From Scenedesmus sp. PABB004 (Eukaryota): a DNA stretch of 64,000 bases. The DNA is taken from assembly GCA_014905635.1 (NCBI GenBank), contig JABVCE010000023.1, forward strand, positions 1-64,000. The letters run 5' to 3'. Both the position numbers and the translations under genes were made by a program. Below, piece by piece: positions 39,801 to 51,891 of the stretch. The notes beneath the pieces are model-generated. The model saw only the letters and a list, made by a program, of their open reading frames with translations, was not told the DNA's origin and did no database searches. The first letter of the stretch is position 1. Each line of letters begins with the position of its first letter.

Positions 39801-39924
39801 GGCCGCGAGCCGCGCCGCGTTCGCGGGGCCGCACGCCGCGCGCCGCGCCCCGCACCGCCCCCAGCGCCGCGCAGGTGCGGTGCGGGAGGCCTCACCGACA
39901 GCGAGGGCAGGCGGCCAGGCCCGC

Positions 39925-41695
39925 ACCTGCGCCGGCGGGCGCGCGGCGCCGCCGCTGCGCAGCCGCTGCTGCTGCTCCTCGGCGCTCGGTCGCGGGGGCT
40001 GTCGTTGTTGGCGCCGCCGCCGCCGCTCTCCCCTCGCCGTGACGCGGTGTGGGCACCGCGCCGGTGCGATCGCGGCGAAGGGGAAAGCGCAGAAGCCTGG
40101 CGTTACCCCGCGGTTCAGCGAACGCACGGGCGCAGCCCCGTCAAGCCCCGGCCGCCATCCAGCGTGCACGACGACCCGGTCAAGCGCCCGCCGCCGCCGC
40201 GGCCGCGAGGCATCGCGCCGTGTTGGGCTCCACGTGCGGCGCGTAGGTGCCGCCCTCCAGGGCGAGCACGACGCGCTCGAAGCTCTTGGCGTTGTGCGGC
40301 ACGCGGCCCGCGGCCCACTCGCGCTTCCATAGAACCTTGGCGGCTGAAGGCGCGTGCGCGCGGTGCACGATCCACGCGCCGCAGTGCACATGAAAAGAGA
40401 AGCCCCGGTCGCGAAGCAGCAGGGTGTGGGCCATCTTGTTCTTGCTGCGCGGCGGCACGCGGTGAGGGCGACGGGCGTTCGCGGGGCGGCGCGGGGCGTG
40501 TGACGGCGAGCTGGCGGGTGGCGCAGCGCGGCCGGCCGGCGGGCGCGGTGCGGGGCTGGCTCACCCGTAGCCTCGGAACACCTCGTCGTAGGGCGTCGCG
40601 CGCGCGTGCGCAGCGTCAAGCACCACCCAGGGCTAAAGCGGTGTGACGTCGGCGCGACCGTGTACGAGGCGCCGGCGCCGCAAGAGCGCCACGCGCGCGG
40701 GTTGGTGTCGGCGTGGCCGTGGTGGTTGGTGTCGGCGTGGAAGAGCTGGAGCAGTCCGCGGTTGGCCATCTGCGCGAGCGTGGCCTTGTCGGCCGTGCCC
40801 GCCGCAAACGCGGCGACGCGGTCCAGCAGCCCCAGCAGCTCGGGCGTCGCGGTCTCGGCCCGTTTGATCGTCGGCACCGGCTCCCACGCGGGCAGGATGA
40901 CCGCCCGCTTGCGCCCCGCCGCCAGCGCGAGCAGGCTGAGCGACCCGTTGCCGGCAGCGTCGGCACCGACGCCGGCGCTCCACGCGCCGCCCGACGCGCT
41001 GCCCGCCAGCGCGGCGGCCGCCGCCGCCGCCGCGAGGCTGGCGGAGGGCAGCATGTCGACAGCCAGCATCGCCAGCAGCGGCGTCGGGGGTGCGAGCACG
41101 AGCGCGTGGTTGCGCAGGCTGTTGATGGGGATCTGCGTCGCCAGGTCGGGGGCGACGACCTCGTACAACAGTGCAGCCGTGAGCGCGCACGCGTCGGCGT
41201 CGGCCTCCACGCTGTTGTGCAGCTGCTGCACCGCGTCGACCGCCTCGCGGAGCTCCCGCCGCTGCGCCGCGGTCAGCGCGCGCGTGCCGTCGCCGCCGGA
41301 GGGCGACACCAGGGGCAGGTAGACCACCGCCGCGAGCGGCCCCGGCCACGCGCGGCACTGCGCCGCGAGCATGGGGAGGCGCTCGAGCGAGAGCGCGTTG
41401 ACGATCGCCAGCGCGTGCGGCGCCGACTGCTTCGCCGACGCCCACAGCTGCGCGGGCTGCAGTCGCGCCAGCTCGTCGTCCCCCACGTGCGCTGCCAGGC
41501 TCGCCGGCGCCAGCGCCGCGGTCTGCTCGGCCGTCGCATTGAGGCAGGCCAGCGTGGCCGCCAGCCGCGCCGGCAGCGGCGCTGCGGTCGCCTCACGGCT
41601 CGCGAGGACCAGGGCCAGCAATACTAGCGTCAGCTGCCCCGTGAGGGAGGGCGCCTGGCGCCACGGCGTGCCGCCGCGGGCGTGCATTGCGCCAA
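39925..41695. repeat. Tandem segmental duplication, copy 1 (GT49 gene plus PRP4 promoter/5'UTR exon)
   Basis: Near-identical to 42524-44250, with scattered substitutions and indels. Confidence 0.95.
40180..41687 (-). pseudogene. GT49 (LARGE C-terminal/B4GAT1-like) glycosyltransferase copy 1, 1-bp frameshift near 40634 (pseudogene or sequencing error)
   Basis: LERLPMLAAQCRAWPGPLAAVVYL, PINSLRNHAL, VILPAWE, FRGYG/KNK, HCGAWIVHRAH. Reads TTT-AGC-CCT where copy 2 has TTT-GAG-CCC (FEPW). Confidence 0.7.
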
Positions 41696-42523
41696 CTCGC
41701 CTAGCTAGCTGGCACCAGTTTTGGTGGCGATCGGAGTAGCGCGTGGCAACGAACGGCGCGTGACCACATTTCGTTGATGCAGCAGCGCTGCTGCTCCCAC
41801 TCTTCACACAAGCGGCAGCAGTAGCGCCGACCCGCGCGCGTGTGCTTGTGCTGGCGGGCGCGCAGCACTCGATCACACTGCGTGGCAGCCACGCAGACAT
41901 CAAAACACATACTACAAGTGTTCCAGCCGGCATTGCAGCACGTCTCCCCCGTAGCTTTCGACCGGGTTCACGGGGCGGCAGCGAGTCCCGCCACCGGAGG
42001 TACCACGGTGTGGGCGGGGTCTATGCAGCCTGTGTACAGCTGCTCCCTCCCTCGCCGCCGGGCCGCCCGGTCTCGCCGTCGTCTGCGAGCTGCAGTGCTG
42101 TGAACCGCGCGTAGAACATGGCGTCGCGTGTCCGTTGCCGGCGAGTGTCGCCGCAGGTTGGCGGCCCGCAGCACCTGTGGCCGTGCCAGTTGTGCCTTGT
42201 AGTCTGCGAGATCGTCGCGGACTGCGAGCGCGCTGGGCCCCGCGGGCCGAGTCCATTGCGTGAGCAGCTCGATCGGCATGCGCGGCTTGGCCGACGGGTT
42301 GACCGGCCGCCGCTCAACGAGCCGCGCACGGTGGCGTGCAGGGGCTGTGCGCGGCGGGCGGGCCGCCGGCGACGCTGCCCGTCGCTGCTGGTGCGGCGGC
42401 CCCTCGGGCTGCTGCCGCCGCGGCGAGTCGGTGTGCGCATGCGGGACACCGTCCTTAAGGGGCGCGGGACCAATGGGCGCGAGCCCTATGGTGTAACGAT
42501 CTTTGTCTTTGTCTTTGTCTTTG
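41696..42523. mobile_element. Lower-GC insert between the duplicated copies, ending (+) in TGTAA plus a (CTTTGT)n tail; possible retroelement remnant or filler DNA
   Basis: Composition shift; ggtgtaacgat-ctttgtctttgtctttgtctttg directly abuts the duplication breakpoint. No RT or transposase motif seen. Confidence 0.4.
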
Positions 42524-44250
42524 ACCTGCGCCGGCGGGCGCGCGGCGCCGCCGCTGCGCGGCCGCTGCTGCTGCTCCTCGGCGCTCGGGCGCGCGGGGGT
42601 TGTCGTTGTTGGCGCTGCCGCCGCCGCTCTCCCCTCACCTGACGCGGTGTGGGTGGCGCGCCGGCGCGATCGCAGAGGGGCAGGCGCAGAAGCCAGGCGT
42701 TACCCCGTGGTTCAGCGAACGCACGGGCGCAGCCCCGTCAAGCCCCGGCCGCCATCCAGCGTGCACGACGACCCGGTCAAGCGCCCGCCGCCGCCGCGGC
42801 CGCGAGGCATCGCGCCGTGTTGGGCTCCACGTGCGGCGCGTAGGTGCCGCCCTCCAGGGCGAGCACGACGCGCTCGAAGCTCTTGGCGTTGTGCGGCACG
42901 CGGCCCGCGGCCCACTCGCGCTTCCATAGAACCTTGGCGGCTGAAGGCGCGTGCGCGCGGTGCACGATCCACGCGCCGCAGTGCACGTGAAAGGAGAAGC
43001 CCCGGTCGCGAAGCAGCAGGGTGTGGGCAATCTTGTTCTTGCTGCGCGGCGGCGCGGCGCGGGGCGTGTGACGGCGAGCGGGTGACGGGCGCGCAAAGCC
43101 GGCGGGCGCGGGGCTCACCCGTAGCCTCGGAACGCCTCGTCGTAGGGCGTCGCGCGCGCGTGCGCAGCGTCAAGCACCACCCAGGGCTCAAAGCGGTGTG
43201 ACGTCGGCGCGACCGTGTACGAGGCGCCGGCGCCGCAAGAGCGCCACGCGCGCGGGTTGGTGTCGGCGTGGCCGTGGTGGTTGGTGTCGGAGTTGAAAAG
43301 CTGGAGCAGCCCGGCGCCGGCCATCTGCACGAGCGTGGCCTTGTCGGCCGTGCCCGCCGTAAACGCGGCGACGCGATTCAGCAGCCCCAGCAGCTCGGGC
43401 GTCGCGGTCTCGGCCCGTTTGATCGTCGGCACCGGCTCCCACGCGGGCAGGATGACCGCCCGCTTGCGCCCCGCCGCCAGCGCGAGCAAGCTGAGCGACG
43501 CGTTGCCGGCGGCGCCCGCGCCCGCCGGCGCGGCGGCCGCCGCCGCCGCCGCGAGGCTGGCGGAGGGCAGCATGTCGACAGCCAGCATCGCCAGCAGCGG
43601 CGTCGGGGGTGCGAGCACGAGCGCGTGGTTGCGCAGGCTGTTGATGGGGATCTGCGTCGCCAGGTCGGGGGCGACGACCTCGTACAACAGTGCAGCCGTG
43701 AGCGCGCACGCGTCGGCGTCGGCCTCCACGCTGTCGTGCAGCTGCTGCACCGCGTCGACCGCCTCGCGGAGCTCCCGCCGCTGCACAGCGGTCAGCGCGC
43801 GCGTGCCGTTGCCGCCGCCGTCGCCCGCGGGCGACACCAAGGGCAGGTAGACCACCGCCGCGAGCGGCCCCGGCCACGCGCGGCACTGCGCCGCGAGCAT
43901 CGGGAGGCGCTCGAGCGAGAGCGCGTTGACGATCGCCAGCGCGTGCGGCGCCGCCTGCTTCGCCGACGCCCACAGCTGCGCGGGCTGCAGTCGCGCCAGC
44001 TCGCCGTCCCCCACGTGCGCTGCCAGGCTCGCCGGCGCCAGCGCCGCAGTCTGCTCGGCCGTCGCATTGAGGCAGGCCAGCGTGGCCGCCAGCCGCGCCG
44101 GCAGCGGCGCTGCGGTCGCCGCACGGCCGCCGAGGCCCAGGGCCAGCAACATCACCAGCGTCAGCTGCCCCGTGAGGGAGGGGCCCTGGCGCCGCGGCGT
44201 GCCGCCGCCGCCGCCGTCGCAGCCGCCACCGCGGGCGTGCATCGCGCGCC
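42524..44250. repeat. Tandem segmental duplication, copy 2
   Basis: Near-identical to 39925-41695. Confidence 0.95.
42777..44242 (-). CDS. GT49 (LARGE C-terminal/B4GAT1-like) glycosyltransferase copy 2, intact, 2 exons
   Basis: N-terminal anchor GQLTLVMLLALGL; PINSLRN, ILPAWE, HHGHADTN, RFEPWVV, PYDEAFRGYG|KNKIAH, WIVHRAH. Confidence 0.85.
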
Positions 44251-44819
44251 ACGCGGCCGGCGGCGAGCTGCGCCGGCGGCGCCGGCTGCTGCCGGCGGCG
44301 TGCCGCGCGCCCTGGCGGCGCCCAGGGCTGGTCAGGGGCTCGACACCAGCGACTGGGAGGCGGCCACGGGGCCTGGGGCGCGCGGGTGCGAGCTGCTCGC
44401 GGGCTGGGCAGGCGGGCGCCGCTCGCCGGGGCGCACTGGGGCGGCGGCGCTGCGTGAGTTAGGCGTGGACGTACAATTTAAGTAGCCTCAAGCCCAGCGG
44501 GGGAGGCGGGGCGGCGCGAGCGGGCTGTCAGCCCCGAGCGGAGCCCCTAGGCGCCAGCGGAGGCCGCCCCGGCGCGCGCGAGGCGGGCGGCGCGCTCCCA
44601 CAGTGGCCTGGCCGCCAGCTCAGAGCTCACGGCCACCTCGCGCCCAGCGCGAGCCCGCCATGCGCGGCGCGGCGGCCGCCCGCCGCTCGCTGGCCGCGCT
44701 GCTCGCGCTCGCCTGCTGCGCCGCGTGCGCCGGTCAGGCACCCCTGCTGGTTGCGGACGTCCGTCTGCCGCTGGTGGGCACGTAGCGGCGGCCGCGCACC
44801 GCCGCGCGGCGGCCGGCGG
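44127..44819. repeat. Inverted repeat arm A: GT49 anchor segment, divergent promoter, propeller-gene exon 1
   Basis: Reverse complement of 51892-52683; the core 44440-44790 is nearly identical. Confidence 0.92.
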
Positions 44820-45850
44820 TGGCGCGGCTGGCGCGGCCGGCGCTGCTGGCGCGCCGCCGCCGACGCGCCGCCGCCTACGCGCCGAAATCAGCGCCGCCGC
44901 CACCGCGCGGCCGCCGCCGCTCGCAGGGCGCCTCCACCGCCGGCCCGCCGCTGTTCAACCCCTCGCTGGTGGTGCACGGCGGCTTGGTGCTCGCGACGGC
45001 GCGCAGCCTGAGCAAGGCGGTCGTCAACGGCACAGAGTGGTGGACCAGCGTTGGCCACCTCTGCGTCGGCGCCGCTGGCGCCGACGAGCTGCTGGCGACA
45101 CACGCGTGCTCGGTGTTCGACCCCTGGCGCGCGAGGTGCGCGGCCGCGCCGGCGGCACCAGCCGCCGTCGCCCTGCCGCCTTTCGCCCCACCGCACGCTG
45201 CGCGCGCCCACCGCCGCGCCGCACACTCACGCACGCCATGTGCACGCCGCGCCGCGCGCGCCGCAGCCACCTGGCCTACGCCGACTGCCTGAAGCCGCCG
45301 GGCGCGGAGCCGCCGGTCGCGGGGCTGCCCAAGGACGCGCGGGGCGTGGAGGACCCCAAGCTCTTTGTCTGGCCGGGGCGGGGCGTGTTCGCCGTGTTCA
45401 ACCGCAAGCCCCGCGCCGACGACCCCGCCGCGCCCGCCTGCGCGCGCTTCGGATTCACGCAGTTCCTGCAGACGGTGCGGCGCCGGCGCGCCCGGCCGCG
45501 CGGGGATCGGCGAGGCGCGCGCGGCGCGTGGCGCGCGGCGCGCGGCGCACAGCCCACCCCCGCGCCGCCGCCGCCGCCGCCGCCGCCAGGTGCTCTACGA
45601 CGGCCCGAGCCCCGGCGCCGACGCGTGGCACCTGCGCGCGCCCGTGCAGCTGAGCGCGGGCGCGTTTGGCGCCGAGCTCTACGCGCCCCGGCAGGGCGGC
45701 AGCGGTCGGGGCGGCGCGCCGCGCCCCCCGGCGCGGCTGGTCAAGGAGAAGAACTGGATGCCATTCGTCTGGAGCGGCGAGCTGCACCTCACGCACAGCA
45801 TAACGCCGCACCGCGTGTTCAGGCGCGCGGCGCCGCGGCGCAGGGCCGGC

Positions 45851-45908
<58 letters not shown>

Positions 45909-46835
45909 GGAACGCGGCGCGCGCGGCGCGCGGGGGCTGGCGGCGCCGCGCCTGACCGCCGCCGCGGCACCGCCGCACGCAGGGTCAACGCGTCGGGCGC
46001 CGCGGTCGAGCAGTGGGTGAGCAGCGCCAAGGCGCTGCTGCCGGCCGCGTTCCTCGGCAGCGGGGCGCACATGCACATGCACGGCGGGCCGCCGCTCGTG
46101 CACGTCGACGCGGCGGCCAGCGGCCTGGGGCGGCCCTACTTCCTCGGCGTCATGCACTTCTTTGACGTGAGCCAAAGGCCTTGGGGTTTAGGGCCTGGCA
46201 AGGCGGCAACTGTAACTGTCTTTGTCTTTTTTTTTAGGCGGGGCCTTGCCAGGCTGGCGCTTGCCAGGCTGCCGGAGCCGCGCCCGCGCGCGCGCCGACG
46301 GCCCCGCCGCCGCCGCGCAGATGCCGGAGAGGCCCGGGGCGCGGCGGTACAGGCACTACGCGTATGGCATGGAGGCGGGGCCGCCGTTCCGTCTCTGCGC
46401 GGTCGCGGCGGCGCCGCTGCCGCTGCCCGGGCCCGGCGCGGCAAACGCGAGCGCGCCGGGCGCGCAGCCCAACATGTGGACCAAGTGCGCTAGCTGCGGC
46501 GGGGTCGCCCGGCGCTTGCCAGCCGTCCTGCTGGCCGTCCTGCTGGCCAGCAGGGCTGGCCGCCTTGCTGGCTGCGGCTGAGCTGCGCCGCTGCCGCCGC
46601 CGTGCGCAGGGGCATCCACTTTGTGAGCGGCCTGCAGCTCGCGCCGGGCGGCCTCGTGCGCGCGTCGTACGGCGCCTTTGACGCCCAAGCACGGCTGTCC
46701 ACGTTGAGCCTGGCCGCGCTGGAGGCGCAGCTGGGCGCCTGGGACTGCGGCCGCGCAAAGGTGCTGCACGGCGGCGGCGCGCGCGCCGCGTACGCGTACG
46801 ACGTGCGCGCCCCGGCCGCGGCGGGGCGAGGCTGA
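44660..46835 (+). CDS. Secretory-pathway five-bladed beta-propeller glycosyltransferase/phosphorylase (GT91 beta-mannosyltransferase / GH130 / GT108-like), 7 exons
   Basis: Signal peptide; motifs LFNPSL, GVEDPKLF, KEKNWMPF, HGGPPL, YFLGVMH, PPFRL, IHFVSGL, SYGAFD. Confidence 0.75.
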
Positions 46836-47156
46836 GCTGGCAGTCCAAGGGGCAGGGAGGAGGGCCGCCGCAGTCGCTGTGAAGTTAAGGCGCCCGTGCG
46901 TTCGCGCGCGTGTCGTGACGCGGTGCAGCGGCGCGCGCGCGATCAGCGGCGGCCGCCGCGCGCCCCCGCGTCGGTGCCCGCGCGTCGGCGCCACAATCCC
47001 CGCCTCCCTCGCCAGCGCCCGTGCTCGGCGCCAGCAGCACGCGGCCGGTGCTGCTGCACCGCCCGCTCCCGGCGCCCAGCAGCGTCCGCGCCGCGCGCCC
47101 TCGCGCGCCGACGCTCCTCGCAGGGGCCGCGTCGCGCACCGGCCCATGCCAACTCG

Positions 47157-50100
47157 ATGAGCGCGGAGCAGGGCCGGAACAGAGGCACAAAGAGAAAACT
47201 GGCCGACGAGGGCAGCCCCTCCCAGGAGCCTAGCTCCTCGGAGGTGGAGGCGGAGGTGCGGCCCGCACGCGCGCGGGCGTGGCGCGGCGGCGTGGGCGCC
47301 GGGCGGGGGAGACGCCCCGCGCGGGCCGCCTGGGCGCGGCCGCCCGGCGCCTGCGCGGCGCCTGCGGGCCGCCAGGGCGCGGAGAGTGCCCTGGGCAGCG
47401 TCTCCGGGCGGGCAGCGCGGACCTGGGCGCGCTGGTGGGGGCGCTGGGGCGCGGCATCGACGCCCTCTGCTGCTCGAACTGTCCGCAGGTGGGGGCGCTC
47501 ATCGCGGGCATCCGGGCGGCATGCAGTCTCCCCGTGGACAAGGTGGACCGCACCGCCCTGCGCAAGCAGGCGCACCAGCTCGCAGACTTCTGCAAGACAG
47601 GTGCGAACGCGCCGGCGGAGGCGCAGCGGCGGCGCGGCGCGCGGCGCCAGCGGCCGGCCGCGGCGCGGCCCGCGGCACGTGCGCCCGTCGCAGCCGCCCG
47701 GCTGCCGCCGGGGCTCGCGCGGCGGGCGCGGCCCCGCGCCGCGAGTCGCTGCGCCGCCTCGGCCCCGCGCCGCGCGTGGAGCAGCAGCGCCGGCCGCCGC
47801 GCGCCGACCGCGCGCCGCGCGCCGCCCGCCCGCCCCCGCGGCGCCGCAGATGAGCTGGTAGAGATGATCGTGGGCGCGGGGGCCATCGACGCGGTGGTGC
47901 CCCTGCTCACGATCGGCGACAAGGCCGACGCGGCGGTGCAGCAGAGGTGCGCCGCCGCGCGCGCCGCAGCGGGCGGCGGCGCCGCGCGCCCGCGCCCGCG
48001 GCTGCGGCAGGCGCGCGCGCACGCACACGCCGCGCGCCCCCTGGCTCACGCCCACATTTGCTCGCCCCCGTCGCGCGCGCGCGCGCGCGCGTTTGCTTGC
48101 CCCGCCCCGGCGCCGGCGCCGCGCCGCCGCAGCTTCACGGAGGTGCGCAAGGAGGCGTGCTTCATCATCGGCCTGCTCGCCGTCAAGCCGGAGTACCAGC
48201 ACAGCATCGCGAGCGCGCAGGCGCTGCCGGGCCTCGTGCGCCTGCTCGCCGCGCACAACATCAGCGGCCCCGCGCCGCGCCCGCCGTCGGCCGCGGGCGG
48301 CCCCGGCAGCGCCGGCGGCGCGCCCGGCGGCGAGCGCAGCGGCAGCGGCGGCGTCGCGCGGCGCGCGGCCGACGCGATCACCAACCTGGCGCACGAGAAT
48401 CTGGAGATCAAAAACCTGGTCCGCCGCGACGGCGGCATCGCGCCGCTCGTGCGCCTGCTCAGCAGCTGGGACCTCAAGGTTCAGCGCGCGGGCGCGGGCG
48501 CGCTGCGCACGCTCGCGTTCAAAAACGACGACAACAAGCGCCAGATCGTGGAGTGCGGCGCGCTGCCGCTGCTCATCCAGGTGCGGCCGGTCGCGCGCGG
48601 CGGCGGCGCACTCGGCGGGCGAGCGGGACGGGGGCGGCCGCGGGCCGGCGCCGCGCGCGCAGGCACGCGCACCGCGCGCCCTGCCGCCCACGCCCGCCGC
48701 CGCCGCCCACACCCGCCGCGCCGTGCATCTGCAGATGCTGCGCTCCGAGGACAGCGGCGTTCACTACGAGGCGGTCGGCGTGATCGGCAACCTCGTGCAC
48801 AGCAGCACCGAGATCAAGCAGCGCGTGCTCGAGGAGGGCGCGCTGCAGCCGGTCATAAACCTGCTGAGCAGCAGCTGCCACGAGAGCCAGCGCGAGGCGG
48901 CGCTGCTGCTGGGCCAGTTTGCGACGCAGCAGCCCAACGACGACGGCCCCGACTACAAGAGCCGCATCGTGCAGCGCGGCGGCGTGCCGCCGCTCATCCG
49001 CATGCTCGCCTCGCCCGACACCGCGCTCAAGGAGATGGCCGCGTTTGCGCTCGGCCGCCTCGCCCAAAACACGCACAACCAGGCCGGCATCGTGCAGGTG
49101 CGTGGTTGGGTGTTGGGGGGGGGGGGGAGGGGGCGGCGGCGGCGCGCGCGCGCGCGCGCGCGTGCGCGGGCGGCGGCGGGCGGGGACCTGGCCGGCCGCT
49201 GACGCGCGCCCCGCCCCGCGCCCCGCCCCGCCCCGCGCCCCGCCCCGCCCCCGCCCCGCCGCGCCGCCGCGGCCGCGTCCGCGGCGCGCGCCAGTGCGGT
49301 GGGCTGCCGCAGCTGCTGGAGCTGCTTGAGAGCAAGCACTATAACCTGCAGCACAACGCCGCGTTTGCGCTGTACGGCCTCAGCGACAACGAGGACAACG
49401 TCCCCTGCATCGTGCAGGCCGGCGGGCTGCAGCGCCTCTACGACTGCTGCGAGCGCCTGCAGGTGCAGGCGTCCAAGGTGCGTGCGGCGCGCGGTGCGCC
49501 GCGCGGCGCGGCCCGCGGCGCCGGCGCAGGCAGAGCCCCCCGCCCGCGCGCGCGCCGCCGACCCCCCGCCCCTCCCGCCCCTCACCGCGGCGTGTGAATC
49601 GCCGTTGCCGCGTAGGACTGCGTGAACAAGACGATCGCGCGCATCAAGCAGAAGCTCGAGCGCGACGACAAGCGCGTGCTGAGCCACGTCATCTACTCGC
49701 TGCGCTCCAGCGACCGCTCCGTGCAGCAGGCGACGGCGGTCAGCCTCGCGCAGCTCGCGCCGAGCGGGGAGCTGAAGCACATCTTTGTGGACAAGGCGGG
49801 GCTCGACGTGCTGCTCGACCTGCTCACAGACACTGCCGCGACCGCGAGTGCGCGCGCGCGCGCGCCGCGCGGGGGGGCGGGGGCGGCGGCGGGGCAGGCA
49901 GGGCGGCGCACGCGGCGGGCAAGGGGCGGCGCGGCGCGGCGGGGCGCCGGCCGGCCGGCCGCCGACCGGACCGGCGCGGCGCGGCGCGGCGCAGAGCAAC
50001 TGTGCGAGGGCGCGGCGGCGCTGCTGGAGCTGGCGAAGAAGGTCAACGCGACGAGCCCCGTGGAGGCGCAGCCGGCGCAGCCGCAGAAGAGCGTGTACCT

Positions 50101-51224
50101 GGTGCGCGCACACCAGCGGGGGGCGCGCGCCGCGGGGCGCTGGCGCGGCGGGAAAAAGGGGGCGCGCCCGCGCCGGCCGGCCCGGCCCGCCGTCGCACGG
50201 CCACAGCCAGCAGCGCGCCGAGTTTCTCGCGCGCTCGCACCGACCCCGCCGCCGCCGCCGCCGCCGCCTCTGCGCCGTGCGTGTGTCACGCCTGCCCCGC
50301 CTCGCCATGCACCGCCCCCCCCCCCCCCCGCCAAAGGGCGAGGAGTATGTGAACAGCAAGACGCTCGCCGACATCTGCTTCCTCGTCGAGGGCCGCCCCT
50401 TCTACGCGCACCGCATCGCCCTGCTCGCGAGCAGCGAGGCCTTCCGCGCGATGTTCAACCAGGCGCGCCCCGCGTGCATGCACGCCGCCGCGCGGCACGC
50501 CGCTCCCGCGCGCGCCGCGCCGCCGCCGCCTCTGCGCGCCCCGCCCGCTGCGCCTGCGCGCCGCGGCGCGGCGCGCCCACGCCGCCGCGCCGCGCCGCGC
50601 CCGCGGCCGCGCAGGGCTTCCGCGAGAGCGAGGCGGCGAGCATCGACATCCCCAACATCGGGTACGGCACGTTCACGTGCATGATGCGCTACATCTACTG
50701 CGGCAGCGTCCAGGTCGACCAGGACGACGCCATGGACCTGCTCCAGGCGCGCCGCGGCCAGCGCGCGGCGGCGGCGCGGCGCAGGGAGGGCGCGGGGCGC
50801 GGGGGCACGCGGCGTGGAACGCGCGGCGCGTGCAGCGCCCGACGCCCGCTGTCGCCGCTGGCGCGGCCGCCGCGGCGCAGGCGAGCGACCAGTACCTGCT
50901 GGAGGGGCTGAAGCGGCTGTGCGAGGCCGCGCTGGCGCAGGTGGGCGCACGCGCGTGCCGCGGCGCGCTGAGGCGCGGCGCGGCTGTGCGAGGTGCAGCG
51001 GCGCCTGCGCGGCGCGGCCGCGGCCCAACCCGCGCGCCGCGCCGCCGCGCCGCGCGCCGCCGCAGTCGCTGTCGGTCGAGAACCTGCTGGACGTGTGGCA
51101 GGCGAGCGAGGCGTACAGCGCGCCGCAGCTCGCCAAGCGCTGCGTGCTGTTTGCGCTGGAGCACTGCCAGGCCATCATCGGCGCGCCGCCGCCGCCGGCG
51201 CCGGCGGACAGCGCCGACGCGGCG

Positions 51225-51256
<32 letters not shown>

Positions 51257-51487
51257 GCCGCGCCGCCCGCGGAGCCGGGCGTGCTCGGCAGCGCGGCGGC
51301 GTTTGCTGAGCTGATGCAGCGCATGGTCCCGGCGCTGCGCTCGAACCTGGTGGAAGACCTCAACCAGGCGGCGCGGCTCGCGGAGGAGGGCGCGGCGGCG
51401 GCGGGCAGCGCGCTCGGCGGCGTCGCCGCCACGGCCGCCGCGTTTGCCGCCGCCGCGGCGGCCCCGGCCGCGGGCGCGGGCGCGTGA
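47157..51487 (+). CDS. ARIA: ARM-repeat + BTB/POZ protein (ARIA/ABAP1 family)
   Basis: LLAVKPEYQ, ARRAADAITNLAHEN, KVQRAGAGALRTLAFKNDDNKRQIVECGALP, ESQREAALLLGQFA, LQHNAAFALYGL; BTB region DICFLVEGRPFYAHRIALLASS. Confidence 0.95.
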
Positions 51488-51891
51488 GCGCGGGCGCGTG
51501 AGCGCCGGCAAGAGCGTGGGCGGGGCGGGGTAGCAGCAGCGGGGCGCGAGCTCGACGGCGCGACGAGTGAGCGGGCAGTGTGCACAGTGTGTTTTGCGTG
51601 ACGTGTGTGCAGGGGCGCCGCGCGCCGGCCCGTGGCGGCCGCAGCGGCGGGTGGGTAGGCACAGCATCATCGCCACGGCGTCCGGGCGGCGGCCCCCTGC
51701 GTCTTTCAGGTGCACCGCGCGCGCGCGCCGGCGTCGCCCCTCCTCCTCCAGCGCCCCCGGCGCTCCGCACTGCTTTGCGCCCTGCATTGTTTTGAGAGCG
51801 CGTGCAGCTGTTGCAAGCCCGAATCGGGAGCTGGCGGTGTGTGCGCAACCGGCAACGTGCGCTCTCGTCCGCGGCGCCGGCAGCCGCGACG

